NCBI GenBank assembly: GCA_905233745.1 | Contig: CAJODA010000003.1 | Span: 19,576 to 83,575 of the forward strand | DNA: 64,000 bases | Origin: an uncultured Bacteroidales bacterium | GTDB lineage: Bacteria > Bacteroidota > Bacteroidia > Bacteroidales > WCHB1-69 | Reading direction: 5' to 3' | Shown: one piece after another, positions 37,265 to 50,697 of the stretch | How positions within the stretch are numbered: the stretch's first letter is position 1 | Layout of the letters: the number at the start of each line of letters is the position of its first letter | Notes under the pieces: model-generated | What the model was told of the DNA's origin: nothing | What the model saw: only the letters and a program-made list of their open reading frames with translations | Databases searched by the model: none | Position numbers and translations under genes: made by a program

Positions 37265-38662
37265 CTAGTCAAGCCTCAACCTTTTGATGTAATCCTCAAC
37301 CTCGTTGTAAAGCAGGTCTTTGCGGATGACTTTCTTGTCCTTGTCCAATAAGAACATGTATGGAATGGTGCGCGTGTCGTAAAGCTCGTTGTCTTCAATC
37401 GTCTGGTCAAAGTTCCAGCCGTGAAGATAATTAGGGTTTGCCTCTGGGGACTTGAGGTAGTTCTGCCAGACCTGGTTGTCATCTTCGAAATAGACGGTCA
37501 GCACTACGAGATTCTTTTTGGCGATGGCGCTGTTAAGGGCTGGGTAGTTGGCCATTTTGCCACGCACCTCGCGGCAGGTGGGGCAGGTGGGGTGTTGCAG
37601 GTAGAGCAGCATATACTCGCTTTGGATGTCATACAGCGACGTGGTGTCTCCGTTGGCCATAACTATGCGGAAATTTGGTACGATGTCACCCTCCAGATTC
37701 TTGTTGATGGTTTTGAGTTCGCGTTTGTATCTTCTTTCGCGATTCTCATCCAGTTTCGGATAGGTGAGGATGTTCTGCAGCATTCTGATATAGGTGTGTT
37801 CCACCTTGTATGGGGAGATGTTACTGCCCAGAATTTTCTCCACTTTGTCGTAGAATAGAAACAGCGACTGCTCGTTGACACGCGCGGCGTTCAAGGCTGC
37901 AACCACGAAGGTGTCCAAGTCTTTGCGGTCGAGCTGATAGATGATGTTGCAGAATTCTTTGATTCTGTCTTCCCCGATTGGTGTATAGAAGATGCGGGGA
38001 TCGTTCCAAGGGAAGTGGTCAAAGTAGTGTTCCACAACATATTGCTGATAGAGCTCACGCTGTTGGTAGTACTCTTGCGGTATTTCGGGAATTGATCGGG
38101 AGAGTTGCACGATGGAGGCAAACAGGGTTCCTTCGTACTGCTTTGCGATGGACTGCTGGTATTCATCCTGTTCCTTGTTGATACGCTTTGCCTTGACGGT
38201 CAGAGAATCCACCACAACCTTGAGCATGTATTGGGGCATGGTTGCCTGCGCCTGCTTAAACTCCTGGTCCAGGGCATTGAGTCTCCTGCCGAAAGAATGG
38301 ATGTGGGAAATGTATTCCACATTTCGGGTGTTCTCCTCACTGCCTTGGTAAATGACAGTGTCTTCAGTGATAGTCACGGTAAACTTCTGGTTTTTGTCGT
38401 TGGATATCAAAAAGGAGCCCACCTTGGATGTGTCACCCACGATCCAGTAGAATCCTGGACTCAAGGATTTCTTCTCCTTGAAAGTCACCTCGGGGCCAAA
38501 AGGTTGCGTGAAAGACACCTTTTTGTCTTTATCTTTTATGTGGGACTCGATTTTAAGAGAGTCGTATTTTTGAGGGGTGATTTTCACTTTTATCTCCATT
38601 TGGGCGTGACAGAGTGTCAGTCCCAGACAAAAAAGAATAGAAATGAGCAGTGCTTTTTTCAT
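37265..38662 (-). CDS. thioredoxin-fold (TlpA/ResA-like) protein with a long N-terminal domain, probably secreted or a lipoprotein
   Basis: Signal peptide MKKALLISILFCLGLTLCHAQ. C-terminal thioredoxin-like region with the CxxC motif LYLQHPTCPTCREV. Confidence 0.7.
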   Translation of the reverse strand: MKKALLISILFCLGLTLCHAQMEIKVKITPQKYDSLKIESHIKDKDKKVSFTQPFGPEVTFKEKKSLSPGFYWIVGDTSKVGSFLISNDKNQKFTVTITEDTVIYQGSEENTRNVEYISHIHSFGRRLNALDQEFKQAQATMPQYMLKVVVDSLTVKAKRINKEQDEYQQSIAKQYEGTLFASIVQLSRSIPEIPQEYYQQRELYQQYVVEHYFDHFPWNDPRIFYTPIGEDRIKEFCNIIYQLDRKDLDTFVVAALNAARVNEQSLFLFYDKVEKILGSNISPYKVEHTYIRMLQNILTYPKLDENRERRYKRELKTINKNLEGDIVPNFRIVMANGDTTSLYDIQSEYMLLYLQHPTCPTCREVRGKMANYPALNSAIAKKNLVVLTVYFEDDNQVWQNYLKSPEANPNYLHGWNFDQTIEDNELYDTRTIPYMFLLDKDKKVIRKDLLYNEVEDYIKRLRLD

Positions 38663-40272
38663 CGTATGTAAGAATAAAAACGTGTTTCAGATTTGACTGT
38701 TTGGTGTGAGTTTAATTTGAGAAATGCATGGGAAAAGAGTTGTGGCAGATCTGAAGCGATGAGTGTGTTGGGTGCTTGTGCTTCGGCGTATAGGTCGCCG
38801 GCAAGTCCGTGCAGATAGACGCCCAGCAGAGCACATTCGGCGGGGTTGTATCCTTGGGCCAGTAGCGACAGCAGGAGTCCTGTCAGCACGTCGCCGCTGC
38901 CTGCGGTGGCCATGCCGGCGTTGCCGGTGGTGTTTACAAACTGTTTGCCATCGGGCATGGATATAAGGGTGTGGTGGCCTTTCAGAATCAGGACCACTTC
39001 ATGTTTGATTGCAAAGGAGCGGGCTTTCTCAACGCGGTTGAAGTCATCTGTGCACGGGCCTGCCATCCGCTCGAATTCCCGCAGGTGCGGAGTCAGTATG
39101 CTGTTGGGAGGCAGGAAGGCCAGCCAGGTTTTGTTCTCCGAAAGGATATTCAGCGCATCGGCATCGAGAATAAGGGGTGCGTGTACCTCATGGAGGATGT
39201 TTTTGAGCAGGGTGACGGTCTGCGGATGGGTGCCGATTCCGGGTCCGATGGCGAGGGCGTTGATGTCGCGCTGCAAGGTGTTCCAGTTCAGTTCGCTGGC
39301 GTGTTGCTCGTTGGGGTCGGGGTGCAGGATGGCTTCGGGCAGGCGGGAGGGTATGTGCTGGGCTGCGCGTGCCGGGGTGTGAACGGTCACCTTGCCGATG
39401 CCCCCGCGCAAGGCGGCGGTGGCGGCGAGGATGGCTGCGCCGGGCATGTCGGCACTGCCGGCAATCAGCAACCCGTGTCCAAAGGTGCCCTTGTGAGCAA
39501 AGGGTGGCATGGGACGCAATAGTTCGGCGACAGTGGGCGCTGTGAGATACTCGCGCTCCCAAACCAACTCTGGCGGCGGAAGCATTCCGATGTCCAATAC
39601 TTCTACTGTTCCGCAATAGGGTTGTGCTTCGGGCAGGAAAAATGCCGTTTTGGGATACTGTATGGTGAGTGTGCGGTCGGCCATGACCACCGCGGCTTCT
39701 TCAGGGGTGTGTGCATCGGCCATCAGCCCTGACGGGGTGTCTATGGCGATGACAACAGCATCCGAAGCATTGATGGCCTTGATGGCCTCGGCGAGCGTGC
39801 CGCCGGCAGGGCGACTCAGCCCAATGCCGAAGATGGCGTCAATGATCAGGGTCCCTTCAGTGATGGATGACCCTGTTTTGGCTCCGAAGGTGGATAGTTT
39901 TGCCAAAGGCGTGTTGCCGGTAATCTCCTTCCAGCGGATAAGGTTCGCCTCCATCTCGGCTGTGTGCCGGGAGTCTTCGTTGGAGCAGAGCACAACTTCA
40001 ATGGCAGGTGGTGTGGCGAAGGCGTGCTCAGCCAGCAGCCGGGCAATAACCAGGCCGTCGCCGCCGTTGTTTCCCGGGCCGCAAAATACCCGGATATCGG
40101 AAATGCCCTCCTCTTGCACGAGCGTGATGATGCGTGCGGCACAACGTGTTCCGGCCCGTTCCATCAGATTCAAGGATGAGATGGGCTCGTGTTCCATAGT
40201 GTATCGCTCGCAGTCGCGTGTCTGCGCAACGGTCAGAATGCAAGGGGGCGGAATAGTCGAGGTTGTAGGCAT
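38659..40272 (-). CDS. nnr: bifunctional NAD(P)H-hydrate epimerase / ADP-dependent NAD(P)H-hydrate dehydratase
   Basis: N-terminal YjeF-N domain (FCGPGNNGGDG). C-terminal carbohydrate-kinase-like domain (GPGIG, ATAGSGDVLTG). The start is placed at MPTTST (40272) so the gene does not run into radC. Confidence 0.85.
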   Translation of the reverse strand: MPTTSTIPPPCILTVAQTRDCERYTMEHEPISSLNLMERAGTRCAARIITLVQEEGISDIRVFCGPGNNGGDGLVIARLLAEHAFATPPAIEVVLCSNEDSRHTAEMEANLIRWKEITGNTPLAKLSTFGAKTGSSITEGTLIIDAIFGIGLSRPAGGTLAEAIKAINASDAVVIAIDTPSGLMADAHTPEEAAVVMADRTLTIQYPKTAFFLPEAQPYCGTVEVLDIGMLPPPELVWEREYLTAPTVAELLRPMPPFAHKGTFGHGLLIAGSADMPGAAILAATAALRGGIGKVTVHTPARAAQHIPSRLPEAILHPDPNEQHASELNWNTLQRDINALAIGPGIGTHPQTVTLLKNILHEVHAPLILDADALNILSENKTWLAFLPPNSILTPHLREFERMAGPCTDDFNRVEKARSFAIKHEVVLILKGHHTLISMPDGKQFVNTTGNAGMATAGSGDVLTGLLLSLLAQGYNPAECALLGVYLHGLAGDLYAEAQAPNTLIASDLPQLFSHAFLKLNSHQTVKSETRFYSYIR

Positions 40273-40306
40273 GTCATTTGACGTTTCAGCGTGCAAAAAT
40301 AGCATT

Positions 40307-41023
40307 TTATAATATTCCTTCCTCCAGAAAGCTGTAGTATGTGTTTTTGTGTAGGATGATATGGTCCGTCAGCTGAATGTTCATTAATCTGGCTGCTTCG
40401 CAGATCTGTTTGGTCAGGGTGCGGTCCTGACTGCTGGGGTGTACCGAGCCGGAGGGATGATTGTGGCAGACAATCAGGTGGGTGGCACCTAGAATTACGG
40501 CCTCTCGGATGATGAGCCGTATGTCCACTATGGCACTGCTTAATCCTCCTTTCCCAAGCTGGCTGATGTTGAGAATCTTGGAGGCTTGGTTTAGAAAGAT
40601 TACCCAAAACTCCTCATGCGTCAGCGGGGCGAGCTTGTCCTGCATCACCTCCACAACATCTTGGATGCTGCGGATATGTTGGGCCTCGGTCACGCGTTCG
40701 GCGCGCAGTCGTTTGCTCAGCTCAAAAGCGGCCATGAGGGTGGTGGCCTTAGCTTGTCCGATTCCTTTGGTTTCCATCAGTTGGAAGAGTTTCTTGTCCG
40801 CCAGAACGTTCAGTTGGTTGTTGCAGGAGGCGAGAAGGCGCTTGGCCATGTCCACGGCGCTTTCCGTGTTGGAACCGGTGCGCAGGAGGATGGCGATGAG
40901 TTCGGCGTTTGAAAGGGCGGAGGCCCCGCGGGTGGCGTATTTCTCTCGCGGACGGTCCTCAACACTCCACTCGGGAATGGAAAGCTTGTGGTAAGGGTCG
41001 GGTCGGGAATGGTGTGATGTCAT
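40307..41023 (-). CDS. radC: RadC-family JAB/MPN domain protein
   Basis: N-terminal helix-hairpin-helix region (LSNAELIAILLRTGS). C-terminal JAMM motif IVCHNHPSGSVHPSSQD. Confidence 0.9.
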   Translation of the reverse strand: MTSHHSRPDPYHKLSIPEWSVEDRPREKYATRGASALSNAELIAILLRTGSNTESAVDMAKRLLASCNNQLNVLADKKLFQLMETKGIGQAKATTLMAAFELSKRLRAERVTEAQHIRSIQDVVEVMQDKLAPLTHEEFWVIFLNQASKILNISQLGKGGLSSAIVDIRLIIREAVILGATHLIVCHNHPSGSVHPSSQDRTLTKQICEAARLMNIQLTDHIILHKNTYYSFLEEGIL

Positions 41024-41955
41024 ACCGTATGCTCACGCTTGAGCAGGTAGGGAAGTAATATCTGATCGAACCCCCGGGTGATGTCAGCCGGCACCAAGTC
41101 TATCTGATACTGTCCACATTTCACCTTGATCTCGTGGAAATAGTCATGCACTGCCGACTGGTAGAACTCGCGGATGTTGTTGGCATGCACCTTGACCTCG
41201 TTTCCGCTTTCCATGTCCACAAACCGGTAGAGGCGGTTCTCAAAGGCAAAATCATATTCCAGACTCTTGTCGAAGGTGTGGAATACCAGCACTTCGTGAT
41301 TGTTGTGGCGGAGGTGTCCCAAAGCGAGCATAAGCTCGTTAAGGTCCTTGTGGCTTTCAAACATGTCGCTGAAAATGATGACCAGCGAACGACGGTGTAT
41401 CTGTTCGGCTATCTGGTGCAGTGTGTCGGTCACCATGGAGGTGCGGTGCACCTCGGAGCCGATAGGTTGGAGGATTTTCTCCAGCTCACGGTAGATCATC
41501 TTATGGTGCGCGTCACCGCCGCGAGCCTGCGTGTGCAGGTCCAGCTTGTCGGAGAAGACACTTAGTCCCACCGCATCGCGCTGGCTTTTGAAAATCTGCA
41601 TCAGCACGGCAGCAGCATATACGGAGAAGAAAATCTTGTTGGGCGCTGCCAGGGAGTATTGGTCACGGATGGGAAAATACATGGACGATGAGTTGTCGAT
41701 AACCAGATGGCAGCGGAGGTTGGTTTCCTCCTCATATTGCTTTACGAACAGCTTGTCGGTGCGTGCGAAGAGTTTCCAGTCAATATGCCGGATTGGTTCG
41801 CCCGTGTTGTACTGGCGGTGCTCGGCGAATTCCACGGAAAAACCGTGCATGGGGCTCTTGTGCAAGCCTGTGATGAATCCCTGCACCACCTGTTTGGCAA
41901 TGAATTCGATGTGGTCGTATTGCGTTACTTTGGTAAGGTCGATTGTATAAGCCAT
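41020..41955 (-). CDS. DUF58 domain protein (MoxR-associated vWA-like)
   Basis: GLHKSPMHGFSVEFAEHRQYNTGEPIRHIDWKLFARTDKLFVKQYEEE is the DUF58 signature. The start is placed at MAYTIDL. Confidence 0.8.
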   Translation of the reverse strand: MAYTIDLTKVTQYDHIEFIAKQVVQGFITGLHKSPMHGFSVEFAEHRQYNTGEPIRHIDWKLFARTDKLFVKQYEEETNLRCHLVIDNSSSMYFPIRDQYSLAAPNKIFFSVYAAAVLMQIFKSQRDAVGLSVFSDKLDLHTQARGGDAHHKMIYRELEKILQPIGSEVHRTSMVTDTLHQIAEQIHRRSLVIIFSDMFESHKDLNELMLALGHLRHNNHEVLVFHTFDKSLEYDFAFENRLYRFVDMESGNEVKVHANNIREFYQSAVHDYFHEIKVKCGQYQIDLVPADITRGFDQILLPYLLKREHTV

Positions 41956-42019
41956 GTTCTCGCGAATAATATGGAGCGCAAAAGTATGATTTTTATGCGT
42001 GCGCTCCACGAATCCTGTT

Positions 42020-43699
42020 TTATTTTGCTACGAATCGATTCAGCTGGTTCCGGAATTGTTCACTGAAATGGAAAGAGTAGGGGTCGCTGTCGAAGATTTC
42101 ATCGTTGGAAAACAAAATGGGAACCTTGCCGGTCTCGTAAAACATTACGGCGGGAAACCGGCTGGCTGCCTGCGTAATGAATCCGGGATACTGGGATGTT
42201 CTATCCGTGGCCAGATAATATAGGTCGTACGGACGGGCCAGATATTGTCTGACCTCCCTGATTATCTCTCGTTCCTGCAAGGCTCCCGGAAGGTAAGCAT
42301 GTAGAATCCCCAAATTGACCTGTTCGGAATCTAACGAGTTCATGGATTGCATCAAGAAGTGCGAACAACCGGAACACTCCAATTCATTGTGGATGATGAA
42401 TAGGTGCTTTCCTTCGGACAGGCTTTCAAGTGATTTGAGCTCACGGTTGCTGTCATAAAAGAAGGCTACGGAGGCATCATCTCTGTTTTTGAAACGCATA
42501 ATCCTGATTTTGATGATTGGTTCGTGCTTCCGGAAGAACTCTTCCTTGAGCTTCTGGTACTCGTCTGATGTGAGTCCGCGCCATGGTGTGTCGCTGTCTG
42601 CTGTGATCTCAATGAGACAGTCGTGCCAGCTGATTCGCGCATAGTCCTCCAGCGGCTGGTAAAGGTTGAAAGGAAATTGCTGTTCTGAAAATTTGTAATC
42701 GCCTGGACATCTGCGTGTGTGTAACGTTGCAGTGCCTGTGGAGTCTGAGAGCGCAAACATGGTCGCTGACTTCCGCGAACTGGTGTCATATTGGGTGTAG
42801 AAAACCAGATACCGGTTTTCGAAGGGAAATACAGACTTGAGATAGGAGTATTGGAAAATTTGATCCTTGGTGGCAAAAATCCGCTCCACACCGTATGGTT
42901 CACGCAAACTTTGTCGGATGTATTCGTCCTCGAAAGGATGCCAGAAGGGCAGGTCAAAACGGATGTCCTGTAGCCAGGTGCCGTCAAGCCGGTATTTTTT
43001 CAGTATCGGATATCTGGTGCTCAGATAGAATAGATTGTTTTCATCGTGAAAGAGGTAGCGGTTGGGACTGGCCTGTACGACATGAGGAGCTTCATACGGC
43101 AGTTCCTGTATCTGCTCTCCCTTGCCGGTACGTCTGTTGAACCGAAACCATTTGTATCCCGTGTCATGGTCTTCTTCCAAATAATAAAGATTGTCTTGGT
43201 AGATATATACAGCTCTGACATTGGGATGGTCAATGATGGTGTCGTATTCGAATGTGTTCGGTGTGTTACGATGGTATAGAATAATATGGTCTTGCACACT
43301 GATTACGCATCGGTCCTCGTACAGGCGGAAATCATTAATCCAGAAGGTGCTTGCCATCCTCTCCTTTTGTTGGTCGCGAGGAGGCAGCGGCAGGTCGAAC
43401 CCAAAGGTGGTGTAGTCCCGGAGCGAAAAGGCATAGATGTGGGCTGCATAGCCTTTATCGGCATGTTGGAAAGCCTTCTGTTCAGTGAAAAATAGTGTGC
43501 TGTCCTGAATGCAATATTGCAGATGCATCATATCAGAGGGTAATGAGGCATACGAGATAACAACAGAAGTGTCCAATGTGAAGGATTCTCCTATCCAACG
43601 CTGCGCCATTGCGGATTCCGAAACAATGGCCCAAGTGATGGCGATAATGGTAAATATGCGTGCTTTCATTTTTCTTGCCTTTTTGCTTTGACCGCTCAT
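42020..43699 (-). CDS. hypothetical secreted protein with a possible C-terminal thioredoxin-like CxxC region
   Basis: 559-aa ORF. The likely start MKARIFTIIAITWAIVSESAMAQ (43669) gives a signal peptide. A CSGC motif lies near the C-terminal third. No family recognised. Confidence 0.55.
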   Translation of the reverse strand: MSGQSKKARKMKARIFTIIAITWAIVSESAMAQRWIGESFTLDTSVVISYASLPSDMMHLQYCIQDSTLFFTEQKAFQHADKGYAAHIYAFSLRDYTTFGFDLPLPPRDQQKERMASTFWINDFRLYEDRCVISVQDHIILYHRNTPNTFEYDTIIDHPNVRAVYIYQDNLYYLEEDHDTGYKWFRFNRRTGKGEQIQELPYEAPHVVQASPNRYLFHDENNLFYLSTRYPILKKYRLDGTWLQDIRFDLPFWHPFEDEYIRQSLREPYGVERIFATKDQIFQYSYLKSVFPFENRYLVFYTQYDTSSRKSATMFALSDSTGTATLHTRRCPGDYKFSEQQFPFNLYQPLEDYARISWHDCLIEITADSDTPWRGLTSDEYQKLKEEFFRKHEPIIKIRIMRFKNRDDASVAFFYDSNRELKSLESLSEGKHLFIIHNELECSGCSHFLMQSMNSLDSEQVNLGILHAYLPGALQEREIIREVRQYLARPYDLYYLATDRTSQYPGFITQAASRFPAVMFYETGKVPILFSNDEIFDSDPYSFHFSEQFRNQLNRFVAK

Positions 43700-43712
43700 T
43701 AGGTGGGGATTG

Positions 43713-44213
43713 TTACATTCTGGTATTCAGAATGTTTGACTGGGATATGTAGATTACGAGTTCTCCTTCACCGTAGGCATTGTAATTCCATTTTCCTTGA
43801 ACGAAGTAGGTGTCGGTACCGTTACGGTTTGAGTTTCTGACCGCAATCTTCTTGCAAGCCGTTCCCCGGAGGCATCCTCGCTGGCCATTCTCTTCACTCT
43901 TTTCGATGATTTCGTTGATGGCATCGACTACTAGCGGGGAAATATCCACATTGTTGGCAACCCTGCAGTTGTTGTTCAACGTGAAGGGATTCTGGTTGGG
44001 TACACGACAGAAACTGAATCCGGCCCCTATACAGTCCAATCTGGCAGGTGTGGAATCGTCTTCCGATGGCGTGTACAACACGTCGTTGTAAAGATTTAAC
44101 CATGCCCACCATCCGCCATTGCTCTTGTGGATGATGACGTAAGGACGGTCGCTTCGAGCAAATAGGCTGAGCCCCATAAAACACACACATAAAACCAATA
44201 ATAATTTTTTCAT
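43713..44213 (-). CDS. small hypothetical secreted protein
   Basis: The start at the ATG at 44213 gives MKKLLLVLCVCFMGLSLFA, a signal peptide. The longer ORF-track extension upstream looks non-coding. Confidence 0.5.
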   Translation of the reverse strand: MKKLLLVLCVCFMGLSLFARSDRPYVIIHKSNGGWWAWLNLYNDVLYTPSEDDSTPARLDCIGAGFSFCRVPNQNPFTLNNNCRVANNVDISPLVVDAINEIIEKSEENGQRGCLRGTACKKIAVRNSNRNGTDTYFVQGKWNYNAYGEGELVIYISQSNILNTRM

Positions 44214-44518
44214 AGTTTTTAGATTTTTAAGATTAATATTTTGTTTTTTTGCCGTTCCACTTTCGCAGGTTTGGCTTCCCTTCGCGCTCCGCCCTGAATT
44301 CAAGCTTCGCGATGTGACACTTCTAGTCTGGCCTCTCTTTGGTTTTGATTTGTATTCCGTTTCTGCGCCCTCCTCCTCAAAGGGGCCGCCAACCCCTGTG
44401 TGATTTGGACAGAGCAAAAATACAATTCCGGAACCGTGTTTGTCAAGTGTTTTTCAATATTTTTTTTAATCCTGATACTTAGTAAATTATGTAAAATCAA
44501 TATGTTAAATTAAGAATT

Positions 44519-44536
44519 AATTGTTAATTAACAATT
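44519..44536. promoter_or_regulatory. perfect 18-bp palindrome aattgttaattaacaatt, a candidate operator
   Basis: Read directly from the sequence. It lies in the roughly 470-bp divergent intergenic region between 44213 (minus-strand gene) and dcp. Confidence 0.3.
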
Positions 44537-44659
44537 CCGTTTTTCGGAGTTTTTCATGGTTTTCCCAGAAAAGACGCTCCGATATGGCTGTCTTGAGGAG
44601 GGTGAATGGTTTGCTTTGGAATGATCTGCGTTGCTTTTAAAGGGCAACACTATTTTTTG

Positions 44660-44667
44660 TATTTTTG
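44660..44667 (+). promoter_or_regulatory. -7 promoter box TATTTTTG upstream of dcp
   Basis: TAnnTTTG match 17 nt upstream of the ATG at 44684. Confidence 0.45.
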
Positions 44668-44683
44668 CGCTCACTTAATTATA

Positions 44684-48908
<4,225 letters not shown>

Positions 48909-48942
48909 TTTTTTATGCTTCTTTAATTTCCAATGAAATTTG

Positions 48943-48950
48943 TACATTTG
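48943..48950 (+). promoter_or_regulatory. -7 promoter box TACATTTG upstream of queF
   Basis: TAnnTTTG match 20 nt upstream of the ATG at 48970. Confidence 0.45.
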
Positions 48951-48969
48951 CGCGCTAATTTATTTTAAG

Positions 48970-49440
48970 ATGTCAAGAAACGAAAAAGAATTGGACGGCG
49001 TGACCCTCTTGGGCAACCAGAATACACAGTATAATTATGATTATAACCCGGATGTGTTGGAAACGTTTGAGAATAAGCATCCGGAAAATGAATATATAGT
49101 AACGCTCGACTGTCCGGAATTCACTTCGCTGTGCCCTAAAACAGGACAACCTGATTTCGGCCACATCATCATCAACTACATCCCGCGTTTGCGCATGGTG
49201 GAGAGCAAAAGCCTGAAACTCTATCTCTTCAGCTTCCGAAACCACGGCGATTTTCATGAGGATTGCGTCAATATCATCATGAAAGACTTGATTAAGTTGA
49301 TGGACCCGAAATACATCGAGGTCGTCGGACTTTTCAATCCGCGTGGCGGCATCTCCATCAAACCTTTTGCCAACTTTGGCGATTCGGAACATCAGGATAT
49401 GGTGCGCGCGCGCTTGCTGGCCAATTTTAACCAAAAGTAG
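48970..49440 (+). CDS. queF: NADPH-dependent 7-cyano-7-deazaguanine reductase (type I QueF)
   Basis: About 156 aa. [17 protein letters not shown] with the catalytic Cys, and ESKSLKLYL. Confidence 0.9.
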   Translation: MSRNEKELDGVTLLGNQNTQYNYDYNPDVLETFENKHPENEYIVTLDCPEFTSLCPKTGQPDFGHIIINYIPRLRMVESKSLKLYLFSFRNHGDFHEDCVNIIMKDLIKLMDPKYIEVVGLFNPRGGISIKPFANFGDSEHQDMVRARLLANFNQK

Positions 49441-49443
49441 AGA

Positions 49444-50103
49444 ATGATGGAGAAGGACTCACTGATTATTTTTTCCGGTGGAATGGATTCCACTACAATG
49501 CTGTATGAGTATAAGGACAGAATTGCCATAGCCATCACTTTCGATTACGGATCAACACAGAATGCCCGCGAACATGATTATGCTATATTGCACGGTAAAC
49601 GTTTGGGCATCAAACATCTGATTATTCCATTGGATTTCATGCACCGTTATTTCAAAAGTTCACTGTTGCAGTCTCCCGACGACATCCCGGAGGGTAATTA
49701 CGATGATGAGAACATGAAATCCACGGTGGTGCCCTTCCGCAACGGCATCATGCTGTCCATCGCGTGCGGCATAGCCGAGAGCAACGGGCTGACCAAAGTG
49801 CTGATTGCCAACCACTCCGGCGACCACACCATCTATCCCGACTGCCGCCCGGAATTCATAAAGGCCATGTCGGAGGCCATGTCTGCCGGCACCTATGAGA
49901 ATGTGACGGTCTTTGCCCCCTATACGCTGCTGAGCAAGAAGGACATCGCGCTGCATGGCAAGGCGTTGGGACTGGACTACAGCGAGACCTACTCCTGCTA
50001 CAAGGGTGGGGAGCACCATTGTGGCAAATGCGGCACCTGCTGCGAACGCCGCGAAGCCCTCCGCGAGGCCGGCATCCACGACAAGACAGTGTATGAACGG
50101 TGA
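49444..50103 (+). CDS. queC: 7-cyano-7-deazaguanine synthase
   Basis: SGGMDSTT PP-loop and the C-terminal zinc cysteines CYKG..HCGKCGTCCER. Confidence 0.93.
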   Translation: MMEKDSLIIFSGGMDSTTMLYEYKDRIAIAITFDYGSTQNAREHDYAILHGKRLGIKHLIIPLDFMHRYFKSSLLQSPDDIPEGNYDDENMKSTVVPFRNGIMLSIACGIAESNGLTKVLIANHSGDHTIYPDCRPEFIKAMSEAMSAGTYENVTVFAPYTLLSKKDIALHGKALGLDYSETYSCYKGGEHHCGKCGTCCERREALREAGIHDKTVYER

Positions 50104-50343
50104 ATGGTAAACGGTGAATGGTAAACGGTGAATGGTGAACGGTGAATGGTGAACGGTGAATGGTGAACGGTGAATGGTGAATGGTGAACGGTGAATGGTG
50201 AACGGTGAATGGTGAATGGTAAACGGTGAATGGTAAACGGTGAATGGTAAACGGTGAATGGTGAACGGTGAACCTTGAACCTTGAACCTTGTACCTTGTA
50301 CCTTTCACCTTGAAACTTGAAACTTTTAAACTTTTAACTCTAA
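50101..50343. repeat. heptamer ladder tandem array (about 34 units) between queC and queD
   Basis: ggtgaat/ggtaaac/ggtgaac units repeat about 25 times. They then change stepwise, mostly in doublets: cttgaac x2, cttgtac x2, ctttcac, cttgaaa x2, cttttaaa, cttttaac. The array ends at the queD ATG. Confidence 0.9.
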
Positions 50344-50697
50344 ATGTATTACGTACGAAAAACCTTAGAAATCTCCTCTTGCCACCAGTTGTATCTCGAC
50401 TACGAGAGCAAATGCGAGAACTTGCATGGTCATAATTGGAAAATCAATGTGTATTGCCGTGCCAAGGAATTGGACAGCAACGGTATGGTGTGCGATTTCA
50501 CGGAAATCAAACGGCTGATCCATGGCAGGATAGACCATAAGAACTTAAACGAAGTACTTGACTTCAACCCCACGGCCGAAAATTTGGCCAAATGGATTGT
50601 GGATACGGTGCCCAACTGCTACCGTGCGGATGTGTGGGAGTCTCGCGACAACAAGGCCTCCTACATGGCGGACGATGTCGTTCAAAATTTCGAATGA
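50344..50697 (+). CDS. queD: 6-carboxytetrahydropterin synthase
   Basis: 117 aa. CENLHGHNWKI zinc and catalytic motif, typical QueD size. Confidence 0.9.
   Translation: MYYVRKTLEISSCHQLYLDYESKCENLHGHNWKINVYCRAKELDSNGMVCDFTEIKRLIHGRIDHKNLNEVLDFNPTAENLAKWIVDTVPNCYRADVWESRDNKASYMADDVVQNFE

Noticed and set aside
49856-50308. 150-aa minus-strand ORF with repeated HSPFTVHHSPFTIH peptides
   Set aside because: The repeats are the translation of the heptamer tandem array, and the ORF also overlaps the queC 3-prime end antisense. It is an artefact of repeat periodicity, not a repeat protein.
50101-50343. Possible CRISPR array
   Set aside because: The period is only 7-8 nt and there are no unique spacers. 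No cas genes or leader are present in the window. It is a simple tandem repeat.
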